Shown here: positions 48,284-63,200 of the stretch, piece after piece
Layout: each line of letters opens with the position of its first letter
How positions within the stretch are numbered: the first letter of the stretch is position 1
Assembly: GCA_051362555.1 (NCBI GenBank)
Contig: CM120641.1
Coordinates: 6,448,001-6,512,000, forward strand
Origin: Lingula anatina
Taxonomy: Eukaryota; Animalia; Brachiopoda
Length of the DNA: 64,000 nt
Direction of reading: 5' to 3'
Notes under the pieces: generated by a model
Seen by the model: only the letters and a program-made list of their open reading frames with translations
The model's database searches: none
What the model was told of the DNA's origin: nothing
Position numbers and translations under genes: made by a program

Positions 48284-51200
48284 TAGAGAAACAAAAATAG
48301 AAGATGGGGAATGGTATTCATGGTTATATGCAGAGTTGTGATTGTAATGTGCATTGTAGATAACCTTTAAAATTGCACTTAAATGCACTATTTATTATCA
48401 TTATTAGGATTCCCCATAGGGGAATACTATTGTTTTTGGTGGTATTATAGTTTTTATTATTATTATTCTTTCCGCGCGTTTTTTTTCGCAAAAAATCTGA
48501 AATAATTATCATAGGTAGCCCGAGGCAAGAATATGCCACAGACCCAGTTTCAGTGACCTTGACCTACTTTTCAAGGTCACAGGGTCTTTTAAAGGCAAAT
48601 TTTATGAAATTTGAAATTGCCATTAGGCCTAAAGTATAAGCCATATGGCTAAGGGCCTTATGGTCAATGATACTGAGACAAATCCACAGATAATGACCTA
48701 CTTTTATGCAAGTAGGTCAAGGTCAAAGTCGCTAATGGCCAAACGGGCTCAAAAAAGGTTTGTTTCCGAGATCTCAAAAACCGGAAGGCCCAGAGCCCTA
48801 ATCATAGTGGCAAATAATGCCCTATATATTTATCTAAGGTTAGCCGTACTTTGGTACCGACTGCCTAATTACTTTTTTTAATATAGATTTTTAAATATTT
48901 ATGACATTGCAGAAATCTTGAGTTTGGCAGTTTCTCCATGAAACACTGGTTTTTGGTCATAGCATGCATACTAAACTACCCCAAACATATACCCAAAAAC
49001 CCCAAATCAAAAGTCAAATTTGACCTTGACCCTCATTTTCAAGGTCATTTGGCTATTTCATGGAGAAATATTGTAATGGGCTAGAGTAATGTTTTCTTGC
49101 CCCCCCCCCCCCCCCCAATTTGCACATGCTCTTTCAGAATATTGGGTCAAATTTAACCCATGACCTTCACATGACCTTGTAAGAGCATTTCCACACCTAT
49201 TTTGCAGGGGAATCCTCCGCCACTGGCTTCAGCCAGTTGCAGTCTGGTTTTTATTATTATTATTTTTTTTTTTTACAGACAGCAATGACACTGCCTTTAT
49301 CTTTACTTCCAATCGGCAGAACATTTATCGCTCAGATTTAAAGCAGTGGAATTATGAAGTTCTCCCAATTACTGGCACCAATATCATCGCAGTGGAGGTG
49401 GATGTTGCAGGGGGGCAATTGTTTTATGCTGATTCCAGGGCTAATAAAATATACCACTGTAATGTAAATGGGACAGATTGTAAAGTGGTAAGAAATTCTT
49501 TAATTTCAGAAAAAATTTATGATAAAGAGAATTTTATATCGGACTTCTTATTAGTATATTATAACTTTTTTGCATCTGTGTAATATTGATACAATATTGG
49601 CTTGACAAGAATAAAAAGTGAAAAATGACAATGCAAGTAAAGACAGAGAAGATAAATAAAGTACCTACATGTTCTCTTATAGTTGTTTGAAAGTGGTGTG
49701 GATGTGACCGAGGGTTTGGCGGTGGACTGGGTTGGCAGAAACATCTACTGGACCGATTATGTGCTGGAGACAATAGAAGTAGCCACATTGGATGGACGCT
49801 ACAGGACGGTGTTGTTTGGGGACAACGTAACCAATCCAAGGGCAATTGCACTTGATCCAAGAGAAGGGTAAGATATCAGAGAATGAACCTGTTTGCATAC
49901 AGGGCATTTTACCAAAATTAATTATTTTACTTTCACTGACTTAACTTTAGAACTATTGAATAATAATTTGATTATTATGTTAGATTTTTTCTGAAAACTA
50001 TTTTAAATAATTGTTTCATTCTAAGATGCAATAGCTGTTTTACTTCTTAACACTAATTTTAATAAATTAAAACTTATAAATTCAGACAAAGATTGATGTT
50101 CTGGACAGACTGGGGCCAGAATCCACGTATTGAGAGGGCAGGCATGGACGGGAGTGGACGCGTGTCTATCGTAACAACTAAACTCTTCTGGCCTAATGGT
50201 CTGGCTATTGACCTTCCTACCAAGCGTCTATATTTCTGTGATGCCCATATGGATTATATTGAATTTGTGAATTATGATGGAACAGGGAGACACCAAGTGA
50301 TAGCCAATAGCCACGTGAGTTATGTTGAAGATTGTGTGACTAATTTGCATTTTTGGTTAATTTCTTGAAAAAATGTAAGGAATTTGTATGTTTGTGCCTC
50401 TTTGAATAAATGCTTGGATGCCAGCTAGTGATAGCTTCTGGTTATGTACAGCTTTGTGGAATATATCAAATAATTCAATAAAATAATTTATTTTAGTAAT
50501 TTTTAAGGGAAAGTGCATGCATGTAAAAATATAAAGTAGAATGGATTGATTTTTTGTTTTTAAATTTCAGTTTCTCCGTCACCCTCATGCTATGACCATC
50601 TTTGAGGATAATGTCTACTGGACAGATCGTCTGAACAACCAACTCAACAGGTGCTCTAAGTTCACGTGTGACACGAAGACCATAGTAATAAAAAACATGA
50701 ACCAGCCTCTTGGTGTTGCTGCTTTCCATTCACTAAGGCAACCTACTTGTAAGCACCAATATTTTTATTTTTATTCTAGTTACTTTTCTTTGTGTAAATG
50801 AGAGGAAATGGGTGTATGAAGGATTATCCTATACCCAATTTCCTCTAAGCACATTTTGTTTTTCTGTGTAAATAACAATTAGTAATATTTAGTATTTTAC
50901 TGACCCTATCATAGAAAATTGTGACAAAAAAAAATCTTTGAAGTTTAAAAGGAGAACTGCCACATTGCTTGCTTTTGGTTGCATATCTTCTCAGTTTAGA
51001 AAAAAAGATACATATGATTTTTACCCTTTATATTTTTTGAACGCGTCCACATTCATAAAATGTGCCTTCAGTTCAGAGATTATGAATAATTCTTCGTTAT
51101 TCCTAGCCTCCAATCCCTGTGCTCAGAATGGGTGCAGCCATCTTTGTTTGCTGTCCCCAGATCCTAACCAGTCATACAAGTGTGCCTGTCCTGTGGGAAT

Positions 51201-54200
51201 GAAGTTAGATAGCTCAGCACATAACTGTCAGCAGGGTCAGTATTCACTGGTAATTCTAAAACTATCAATATTCATTTCTTTCATTTGTTTTCCTATTTCA
51301 GTGCTGTTTGCATTTGTGTGCGTGGGTGTAAGAGAAAGTGAGAGAGAGAACGTAATTTTGATGTAATGTGACATTCCAATGTGAAAAGTAGAATGGAAAA
51401 CAACAATGTTGGTTATTTTTGCAGCTCGTGATGAATTCCTGATGTATATACAAGCTGGCCAGATAGGTGGCAGCACATTTACTAATCCAGGAGAAGCCAC
51501 TGACATGTTTGTGCCAGTGGTGGGACTTACTGGAGGCTGGGATATGGACTATGACAGCAAGGAAGGATTTGTCTATTGGATCGAGTACTCGGAACAGTCT
51601 GGAGAAGTATGTAGAACAGACAGATGGCTTTGTCCATTTGTGGAAATCATCATTTAACTGTTTGATTGCTTAAGAAAATTAAGTTATTTGTAGGTTGGTG
51701 TTAGACATTGATGCAACATATTTTTTCAAACATAGTTCTAGCATTCCTTTACAAGATGGTTGTAATTCTTAAAATACTTTGAATTATATATTTATATAAG
51801 TTTGTTATCAAGATAAAAGAATACTTGTGTATCTATGGTTTTTTGTTGCCCTAGGGATCTGTAAAGCGTAGGAAACTTACTGGAGAAAACAGGACAGACT
51901 TCGCTCCCAGTGCCTTTGTCTCCTCACCTTACAGTCTTGCCATTGACTGGTTGTCTCAGAATATGTACTGGGGAAGTAAAGAAGACTCGACCATCAATGT
52001 TATTCAACTGAACAGTGATCAACACTATAGGAAAATTATACTGAGGAACTCTGGGAATGTGACTGGAGTAGGACACCCTGTCTCAATTTGTGTGGACCCC
52101 GTAGAAGGGCAAGTCTCATTTCTGAGAACCATTGGATTGTTTTTAAACAGTGTGTGTTCCAATCATTATCCAATGAATTTAGATATAAGATATTGCTGTA
52201 AATCTTCTTATCGGAAAGCTTAAATTTTGAAACATTCAACCCATTCTGTGTTACGTCTTAATTGCTTTGAAATATTTTCATCAATTCTAATATTTTTTTT
52301 CCAGAAAAGTGTACTGGCTGGATGAAGGTTTTGCGTCTGTCCCAAGGAAGGTGGCCAGCATGTATATGGATGGTAGCAACCCCACTGTGCTGGTCTCAGA
52401 TAACCTGTTTGAACTTGGATACATCACACTGGATGCTGCCAACCAGGCACTCTATTGGAGCCAAGGAAGTCACGAAACGGTAGGCAAAGTTTTCTGTGTT
52501 GGATTCTCTTGGAAGTTTTGGAATCGACTTGTTAATTAAGATATCCTTATGGTTCACCTTTTTTCCCTTCTATCAATGTATGACGATTCATCACTTCATG
52601 ATTAATCATGTAGTATTCAGTTATATCATTTTGTGTAATGTATACTTGCAGCATATTTTTAAGTATTGTTTTTGTTGTATTGTTTTTGTTTGAAATTTAT
52701 AATATTTTAATGCATCGGCCAATATTTGTCTGAATTAATGCATAATCTCATTTATTTTTCCAGATTGAGAAGTATGATCTTGGGACTGGTACGCGCAGCT
52801 CTTTCCTCTCAGGACTCAGTCACCCCACAGGCTTGACGATACGCAATGACAAACTCTATTATGCAGATCAGAACTACGAGGCCATTTACGAGGTTGCTAT
52901 GGCAGCAGGACATGCCAAAACCCGACTCAAGAATAACCTAGAAAAGCTGAAATCACTGATGGTATACAAAGAGAGACATAATCAAGGTGTGCATACAATT
53001 ATAGTCCCAATATTATTTGTCAAGTGATTGGATGTGATACATATAAAGGATGAAAAGGCAGTGTAGGGTATACAAACTTGACAAAGAAATACTATGTAAA
53101 TGAGGTTTATTGCAGAATGCCACCATTTGCACCCCCTTGAAGCATGCAGTAATAAGAGCAGAGAATTATTTTAAAATTGGTTACCATTTGTGGCAGTGTG
53201 TCAAAAAATTTTAAAAAATGACATAAGAAAAGAAAAAATGCAGGATTTTGTATACTTTTCAGAAGAGGGTTTGATTTGTGTCTCAAACTGTTTTCAGGTC
53301 AGAGTAATGGCTGCAGCAGTAACAATGGGGGTTGTCAGCATCTTTGTCTCCCTAATGGCAAATCCAGCAGAACATGTGCCTGTACAGTAGGGTATACTCT
53401 GCAAGGTGACACACAGTGCACAGGTAATCTGAAGTCCACTGTCTGCTAGTTATAGAAAAATCTCATGGAATTCTGGAAATTGTGCCACGAAAAGACTTTG
53501 TTTTCTTTCTTTTGAATACAGACTGTTCTAATTTGATTGTTTTTAAGGCCAGTGAATAAATTTCCTATGTTTACGTATTGAAATTTCCATACATGTATAA
53601 ATGATGCTTTCTGTATTGCATAACTATATTCAGGTGTTTTATTGTTGCTTTCTAGTCAATCAAATCTGTTTTCTATCTTCTCTAATTGCAGCTGTAAACT
53701 CCTTTGCCATTGTGTCTCAGTTGACCAGTATAAGAGGCTACAGTTTGGCAAGTGACCTGCAGGAGGAGGCTATGGTACCTATAGGAGAGAAAGGTAGGGA
53801 CACTTGCAGCAAAAATCCTTTAGAAAATTTAGAAAAAAGTGCACAATTTTGTTTGCACGTAACTGCTAAATAACCCAGGGTGAAGTAATCAGCTCTGTGA
53901 CTGGGTGGGTGGAGTGTTGTTGGGGCAGCATTGGTAGGGACTATAATTGAGACAAAGTGCAGGGTTCTCATTATGACCCAGATGCTTAGCTGCAATCATT
54001 TTTACTCCACCCAAAACTCGGGCAGAGATTCGGATCCTGTGACAGTGACAATGATGTCAAGAGGCAAGAGTGTAGAGATTGTGTGTATTTCTATTCCAGG
54101 TCGTAATGCTCTCCAAATTGCAGTCCATATCTCAAGTGGCTCCATCTACTGGTGTGACAGTGTCAGATCTGGCTCCAACAAGACCAGCGGGATCAGGAAG

Positions 54201-57200
54201 GTGAAACAAGATGGTTCTGGATATGAAGATATCATATCATCAGGAATAGGTGTCAATGGAGTCCGAGGAATGGCATTAGACTGGGTAGCTGGTAAGGGTC
54301 AATCAGTGCAAACATTCTATTTGGTTGATCCACTTTTACTTTGAAATGCAGTTAATGATTTTTGTCTGTTAATCTCTTGAGCAAAGAATGGGCCTAATAG
54401 TTAAAAGAATAAGTTAATCTTAAGATGTTTTCATAAAAAAAGCAAAATGCTTGAAAATGAAAAATGGTGTCAATATGTTTCCTAATTTCCCCCCAAATCA
54501 CTATTAATTTTGAGTATCAGATGACCATATTGGAAAAGGAAATCTTTGAACAAGACTGGATCTGAAATTTTTCCAGGAAACATATATTTCACCAATGCTA
54601 TGGCCATAGAGACTTACATTGAGGTGTGTCGACTGGATGGCTCCAACAGGTTGACACTGCTTAGGACACAGTTTGATAAACCAAGATCAATGGCAGTGAA
54701 CCCTATAAAAAGGTATTAGTTTCTATTATCCAACACTATCTTATATTATCCTATCCTATCTAATCCTATCTGATCCTGTTCTGTCCCATGGTCTAGTGGA
54801 CTGTGGGGGCGCCACTTGAGGATTTTGCAACCAACTCTCTCCACTCCTATCTGTTGTCTGCTTTTCTGAGGATGCTGCTAAACATCAGCCCGATCCAGTC
54901 TGTGATATTATTCTCCCATCTCTTCATCTTTCTGCTTTCATATCATAGGAAATGTTCAATTCTGTGAGGTTTAGTCCTTTTTAGAGACTAAGTTGCATAT
55001 AATATTGAGGCATTTTGTATTAATTTTCATAACATTAAAATTTTACATATTTAGTTTTTTCTTTGTTATTTTAATAATTAAAATGACTTTTTTACACTTT
55101 TATAACACTTTGTTAAAACTATGATCCATATAAAAACAATGCAGGTATTTGTACTGGACCGATTATGGACAGAGCCCAAAGATAGAGCGGTCACATCTGG
55201 ATGGCAGTAACAGGACAGTTATAGTGTCCACTGGGGTCAGCATCCCTAGAGGCATTACAGTGGACATCACCACACACCATGTTTACTGGGTGGACAGTGT
55301 AGTGGATGCAATACAGGTAGTGTAGGTTGTGATATGGGGGTGTCATAGTGATGCAGTAGTGATTGTATTACTTATATTAATTATTATAAGCAAATTGATA
55401 TTTATTCCTTTTTTATGATAAATATAAAAACTATAGAGAATTTTCATTTTATCTCTACCCTTACTGACACCTAAAGAAACATGTTTTGAATTTTTCTCTT
55501 GTTTGATGAAGGGATTCTGATATTAAAGCTTTTTTTTGTCTTGTAAACCATATCTTATATAACTTAGTTAATGATATATTAAATTGTTAATTTTAATTAA
55601 TCCAGTTGTAGTTTTTAAGAATTAGAAAATAAAAATTAAGCGGTGACGATTCGCAAAGTTTTCTGAGGAAATATATAATATACACACAAAAGATCAGAGC
55701 TAGTACCATCTGTGGGTGAGGTTCCATTTAGTGATTTAATGTTTTTCATTTCTATTCGTCAATCATGTAATGATATTTTTGCCCTGTTTAGCGTGTGACC
55801 TTCAGTGGTGGATCCAGACAGTACATCCGCTCTAATCTCCCCAGTCCATTCTCCCTGGCAGTGTTCCAGGACAATGTTTACTGGGTAGACAGGAACCTGA
55901 AGAGGGTAATTAAGTCTACTGAAAGGCCCGTTTTTAACACCCAGATATCTCAAACTGAAAATAGTCTCTCTGAAGCATTAGATTTAATGTAATATTATAC
56001 AACCCCTTACTCATAGGCTCATTTAAACACAATTTTCCATATGGTTTATTGTAAAGAGTAAATGAGTAGAGCAGTATTAAGATAGGGAAAATTTTATGCT
56101 TGCTTGAATCAAATTATATTCAGCATTAAGATGTTGTTCTTTTGATAGATCTTCAAAGCCAGCAAAAATGTTGGGAACACTACTGCTCCAGTGGTTGTGC
56201 AGTCCAACATGGAATACTTGAGGGATATAGTCATATATGATGCCTCTGTACAGCCACAGGGTGAGTTGGGAATGAGAACAATAAGATCTGAATGTTTTTA
56301 ATCATAAAGTGAAAAATAATGTTAAAATGAAAAAAATTCATGGTGAAGAAGTGGAGGATCTGCCACAAAATGTATTGTTTAGCTGCTGAATATACTTGCT
56401 AATTGTGTACTACTGTCTTGCAGTGACAAGTCCTTGTTCTACCAACAATGGAGGATGCGAACAGTTGTGTTTTGCCCTACCCAGTGCCACCGTGCCAACC
56501 TGTAGGTGTGCAGTTGGAGTACTAAACACTGATGGCAAGTCTTGTAAAGGTGCGTAAACTCTAGCTTTAAACATTCTGTCATAAGTTTAAGACAGTTAAC
56601 TCCATAATTAAGCAAAACGTATTTACTTTTTTTTTTTTGGGGGGGGGGGGGGAGAGCAATTTACTCTTGGTATCACTGAAAAATTGTTTATTTGACAAAA
56701 AAACAAGTAATTGTTGCTATGTTTTATGGGTATGCTACCTGTTAGTCTGTTCTTTTTCAAACCAATGGAAAGAGGATCTTTAAAGTATCTTTAATGCAAG
56801 CTTAAAGAAAATAGTTTTCTTTTTTTTTCTTAATGTCTTCATTGTAGAATTTTTTATTTGAAATATATGGACCATTGGCCATTGTCACAAAGAATTTAAG
56901 GGTCCCTTCCCTCATTTGTACAGTCTAAAACTAAGCCACAGTTAGACCAATTTCTTATTGTCTTGAGTTTTACTCATGGTATTGACAGTAATCAGTGAGT
57001 TGCTATATTTATTAAGGGACAATTATGAAATAACCTTAGACTAATCCAACAAAGTCATAAAGTTGGCTACTAGAGTTGAATAATATCATATTTAGCAAAC
57101 CCCCAACATATCAGTTGTTTAATGAAACAGGTCCCACTATTTCTATAAACTGCCTTTTCTAAATTGTAGAAGCATCAGAATACCTTGTATTTGCCATGAC

Positions 57201-60200
57201 ATCCGAGATCCGCAGCCTCCATCTCAATCCAGATGATCACTCTCAGCCGTTCATGCCCATTACTAACCTGGAAGGTGCAGTAGGGCTGGATTTTGATTAT
57301 TCCACTGGGACTATATACTTCACTCAAGTTAGAGGGAGAAAGCTCAGTAAAGTTGACTTGAGTAACACTGGACAAGTCAGTGATTTTGTTGCTCATGCAA
57401 ATAGGACAAGTAAGTACTCAAGTTTAGGTGAATTTGCGTTAAACTAGGGTATATTTAAGATGTTCGTGATTAACAGGTATGAAATTTAACCATGATTTCA
57501 AAGTTTTAACATTACCATTCTATTACAAGGTAAAAGAGAAATGTTTAAGTGCTCAAATACTGTTCATTCTTTTGTCGTCTGTCAGTTTTGTATAATTTTA
57601 TTTTCCCAAATTTCATCAAGGATTGCATTATTCATGTTTCAACTTAAAAATAAAAATCAACAGTATTACCATTAGGATTAGAGAGAGATAAGATTAAAGA
57701 ATATTATATTATATTTCCCATATCTTCCAGTTGATGGCACCACTCAGGAGCTGTATTCACCAGAAGGGGTGGCATTTGACTGGGTCAACAAAAAGGTCTA
57801 CTGGTCAGATTATGCCATCCATCGCATCTTCTCCATGAATCTTGACCGCAGCAATCGTGTGACTTTGATAGTGGCAGATAACCCTAGAGCTATAGTACTG
57901 GACCCCTGCAGAGGGTAGAGTTCCTATTTTACTTACAGGCATTTTATATTGAGACGTACTTGTATAGAATTATAGATAGAGGCATATATTGTTATCAGTA
58001 GGTAAATGTATGATAAGTGGTGTGCACTTTCAGAACCCCCCCCCCTTTACTTATTAGGATTCATTGCTTCACAGTATTTGAACTTCTTATGATTTGAAAC
58101 AAAAAAGTTACAGTGATACTGGAACTTACAAAGCATTCATTCACATTCTCAACTGTTAATAACATATACCATATACCAAAGTCTTTGTTTTATTATGCCA
58201 AAAACATTAAATCTGAGTTCCTCATCCAATTGGGATATAAAACTTTGCTTGGCTAAATATTAGGTTATATATACATAAACTTTCATATCACGCTTGATTA
58301 AACTTGTATATAATAATGTGGATTGCTTTGACCATTTAACCTGCATATTATATATGGGAATAAAACAAACTACCAAACTTAATACCTACCTTCCAGGCAC
58401 ATGTACTGGACAGACTGGGGGAAATCTCCCAAGATAGAGCGCGCCACCATGGCTGGCCAACAGAGGACAGCCATCATCAGCACTGGGCTAGGCTGGCCAA
58501 ATGGACTGACCATAGACTTTGAAGAGGGGAAAATGTACTGGGCCGATGCTCTCATGTAAGTGTAATATAACGGCCATGAGTTTTTTTTTTCATAGAATCA
58601 AGTAATTCTGATATTTTAATTCAGATGTGTTAAACGTTCAGAGTTTTTTTATACCAAGGCTCATGTTGGGTGTAAACTGTGTTTCATAAAGTAAAGTAAG
58701 GATAGTTCCATAAGGCTGGCTGGTACTCTTAAGATGATAATTGTTGGAAATTAAAGGGGGCAGTATTATCTCCAATGGTCTCCTTGCATACATCCTTGTT
58801 TTCAACACAATGAAATGATTATTATTGAAGTTGAATGTTATTGGTGTTGAATTAGGTTATTGTGTTAGTATTGAATACGGTGAATTATTGTCATGAAACA
58901 TTGTTATTGTTTGAATTCAGGCAAAAAATTGAACGCTCTGCCTTGGATGGTCAGTATAGAGAAGTCATCATGGAAACTGCTATTCATCCATTTGCCCTGA
59001 CAGTGTTTGGTTATTACATTTACTGGACAGATTGGAAACTAGGTAAGCTGCAATCCATAACATACCAAAACAACTTGAAAAATTGATATTTTTTCCAAAT
59101 TTTTAAGAAATGTGAAATAGTACTAATTAACATTTTTAATGTTGTGGAACCATTTTGCAATTTCAGTGATTTTTTAATTTCATTCTGTTTGGATATTGTG
59201 CTTAATAAGAAGTTTTAAGTAGTGGGTTATCAGTTTTTCAGCTGAAATGTTTCAATTGATAAAATTTTTGTTTTCAAAGCTGGAGTGTACAGAGCAGAGA
59301 AGCACACTGGAGCCAATCTTACACCTATGATCCAGGGACTACCAAACCGTCCAATGGATATCCATGTTTACACTGCACAAAGACAAGCTTGTATGTTTGA
59401 ATTTATGGAGCATGTAGTGTGGTAGTGTGGTTCTTTAAGAAAGTAACATTCTGGTGAAAAGAGAAAAAAAACAGCAATTTTGGTATAATCTCATTTTTGT
59501 TTTCTGTAATCTGTAGTTTCAGGTTTACTGCATGGGTTTAAAATATCAATTTCATCCTTCACGTGTATGTAATAAATCAAATAAAACATTTCAAAATTTA
59601 AAGAATTATAGAAGAGAACCTCATCACCAATGAAATGATTTGATCCACTTGTCTTCCAGGCACCACCAGTGCTTGTGCAATCAACAACGGTGGCTGTAGT
59701 CACTCATGCCATCCTGGACCTAATGGGCAGGCAGAATGTCAGTGCGACGACTTCACGAATACCAAGTTAGCCAATGATAACAAAATGTGTGTGCCATCCA
59801 ATGCCACATGTGCCTCTGATAGATTCACTTGTATGAATGGGAAGTGTCTGCCACCAGAATTTGCCTGTGATTTGGATAACGATTGTGGGGATCTCTCTGA
59901 TGAAAATCCAAATTTCTGTGGTGAGTTGTGCATCAGTGATAGCAGCTCTTGGTCAATGTGGGAATATTTCATTGGGCATCTTAAATAGCAATTGTTTGTT
60001 TTTCTTATGTTTCAACCTGTTCTTACTGTATAAAGTTTGAACATAGGTCAGGTATCATTGTCTTTTGGATTTTTGCAAATATTATTGAATTTAAAAAAAA
60101 TTATCTGTATGTGTTTGATTAGAGGTAGACTTTCAGCTAGATTTTTTTCTCTTGCTCAGTGTAAAGATGTCTGGGTCAAAGAAGTCTTACTTTTGCTGCA

Positions 60201-63200
60201 GCTGATGCAAGAATTTAAATGTAAATCATCATTACTTAATTAAAAAAATATAGATTGGTTAAAGATGTATTTTTTATTAACTTCCAGCTGATCATACATG
60301 TCCTCCACATAAGTTTGTATGTGGTAATGGCCGCTGTATCAATTTATCATGGAGATGTGACCATGACAATGACTGTAGAGATAACAGTGATGAGGACGGG
60401 TGTAGTAAGTATCGCTCAGAATAAAGAGGGATATGAAAGAAATGGGTTGTCGAGTAGTGGGTAATGGCCTTTCTGAATCTGTAAAAATTGCTTATCAAAG
60501 TGTGCTCAGGGATTTAGAGACAAGTTTTGGGTGAATTTTACCCAGAAAATATCAACTTTTGAGTTAGATAACATAATATCAAATTATGTTCCAGCTTTTT
60601 ATATACAGATATTGTTGTGTTTCAAAACCTGTAGCACAATCGATTCATATACTGCTATTGAAAAAGTTTTACATAGTTACCTGTTGTCATTTCCAGCATT
60701 TCCAACTTGTCCACCAGACTCTTTCACATGTGCCAATTTCCGCTGCATCACGCAGGCTCAAGTATGTGATGAAATAGACCACTGTAATGACGGTAATGCC
60801 ACCGATGAACATGGCTGCCCACCAACAACTTGTGCCCCAGGGATGGCCAAGTGTGCAAACAGCAATGTCTGCATCAGCAGAAGATGGCTGTGTGATGGTG
60901 ATAATGATTGTACTGATGGCTCAGATGAAAACCCTACTTTCTGTGCCAGTGAGCCTTGTCTTGAGGGTAAGTATAGGAAGGCAGTCTTCACAAGTTTTAT
61001 TCATGACCACTGGAAACTTTGAATATTTTTCCTTGCTGATATCTGTGAATGAATATATTCAAAATATGTTTCATAAAAAATGTACGTTTAATCATTTCAC
61101 TTATGAAAATATTTGCAGTCTGCATTTGCGTTAACTTTTTTCATTTAGGTTTTTTTTTTAAAATATTTATTTGTTATACCAAAGTTATTTAATTATTTTT
61201 TCCTCAGGAGATTTCCGCTGCTCCACTGGTCGCTGTCTGCCTGCTAACTGGCACTGTGATGGGGACAGGGACTGTCCTGGAGGAGAGGACGAACCAGCAG
61301 ACTATTGTAGTAAGTACAGAAAATGGTGTCACACTTTCATAGAGGTAGGGTAATATATAATTACAAATTAATAAGAATTATGATACATCCCTGTGCAGAC
61401 TGAACAGTGATTTTAGACTACTAGTATTTTATTGATTTCAAGGAATGGTGAAATCGGGGTTTTTTTTTTGGTCTTTGTGTAATGATAAAAAACTTTCTCA
61501 GTTCTGGAGCTCAATTTGGCAATCCAGTCATCAAGGCAACTTGAGGAAAGACTGAAATGTCGACTCGTGCCGCATAGGTAGAAAACTTTTTTTATCAATT
61601 TAAACATTGTTAAGCTTATGACTGGTTTTAAACTTTAGAATTAAGTCAATCTTTTTTGCAACTTGTTTATTCAGATCACCCAAACAGGACTTGTTATGGC
61701 AACCAGTTTACATGTGACAATGGTCGCTGTGTGTCATCACGCTGGGTTTGTGATGGTGACAATGATTGTCAAGACGGATCTGATGAAGATGAGGCAAGAC
61801 ATAACTGTGGTAAGTGGGTCAATGGAGGAGATAGGCATATCAACTTAAGATGTGACTTCTGATTCTTTTATTTTCTTTGTAGGTTTTTTCTTCTGGTTAT
61901 TGATGGGGAAAGTGGTTGATTATTTCATGTGATTACCTAAAGTTAAGTTTTGGATACAGAGCTGTAAATATTCTACCACTTTAATGATTGATAATTAATA
62001 AACCAAACCAAATAACTAAAGCTTTGCAGAAAAGGAATCTTGTTGAATTAATGCCAAGTATTGCATAGGAATGTATCAAGTGCTTTTGTCAATTTTGTAA
62101 GTAATTAGATATGTCATGAACCTGCTCCCCAGGGAGGTAAAATCATTTCAGGATTCAGCAAATCCATTTTGAGTATGAAGCCAACTGATCTTGTTTGTAT
62201 TGGATAGATTGATAATTTTTTCATTTTATAAAAGCCTAATCGTGAACTGTATATTACTGTATAACATACTTTTCTAAATACAAAAAGAAAACTAATAATA
62301 TCATATTTAATTGTTTTTCATAATGCTATATCTAGCTATAAACCCAAGCTTACCATTCATAATTTAATTGATCAGCTGACCGAACATGCCCGCCAGACAC
62401 CTTTCACTGTCAATCCAATCGTGATGCTGGTCGTTACTCCTGTATCCCGCTGGCCCTGAGATGTAACAGGCGGAGTGACTGTGTAGGAGGCGAGGATGAA
62501 GCTGGTTGTCCGCCTGGGACGTGTCCTAAGAACCAGTTTACTTGTTCTAATGGAGTGTGTATAGATAGAGGGTGGGTGTGTGACCATGACAATGACTGTG
62601 GGGATATGTCTGATGAACCCTCTAATTGCAGTAAGTATGTGCTTCATTGTTTATGTGACAGCTTAATTGTACACAGTTTTTTTGAGAAATGCAGAATTTT
62701 ACTGAAACTGTATCCAACTGTATGGAAGGTATCCTGGCTGGGATTATGGCACCAAATCTAATTAACTCTTCATAAAAAAGCAATTTTCTCACAAACCATT
62801 TCTAAACTCTTCCACGCAATTTGGATTATATTTTTTGTACCATTTCTAATCAGATGAATAAGTTCTTAATAAATCATGATTAGATTAGATTAGATTGGAT
62901 TACATATGTCACATACTGCCCTGAATCTGGAATCACCTCATTTTCACTTGAATTTTTAACATTGCAAAAAGAGTAAAATATGCATTAACTTAAGAAAAAG
63001 ACATGAACATTGCTCCCATATTTATTTCAGCCCATGCGACCTGCTCAGCAGAGCAGTTTACTTGTAACAATAAACGGTGTATACCACAGCGCTGGGTCTG
63101 TGATGGGGATAATGACTGTCTGGACAATTCTGATGAACAGGAGTCCATGTGTTGTACGTATGCAGGAGAAATTAAATTATAGGTCATAGATTGCAGAATT

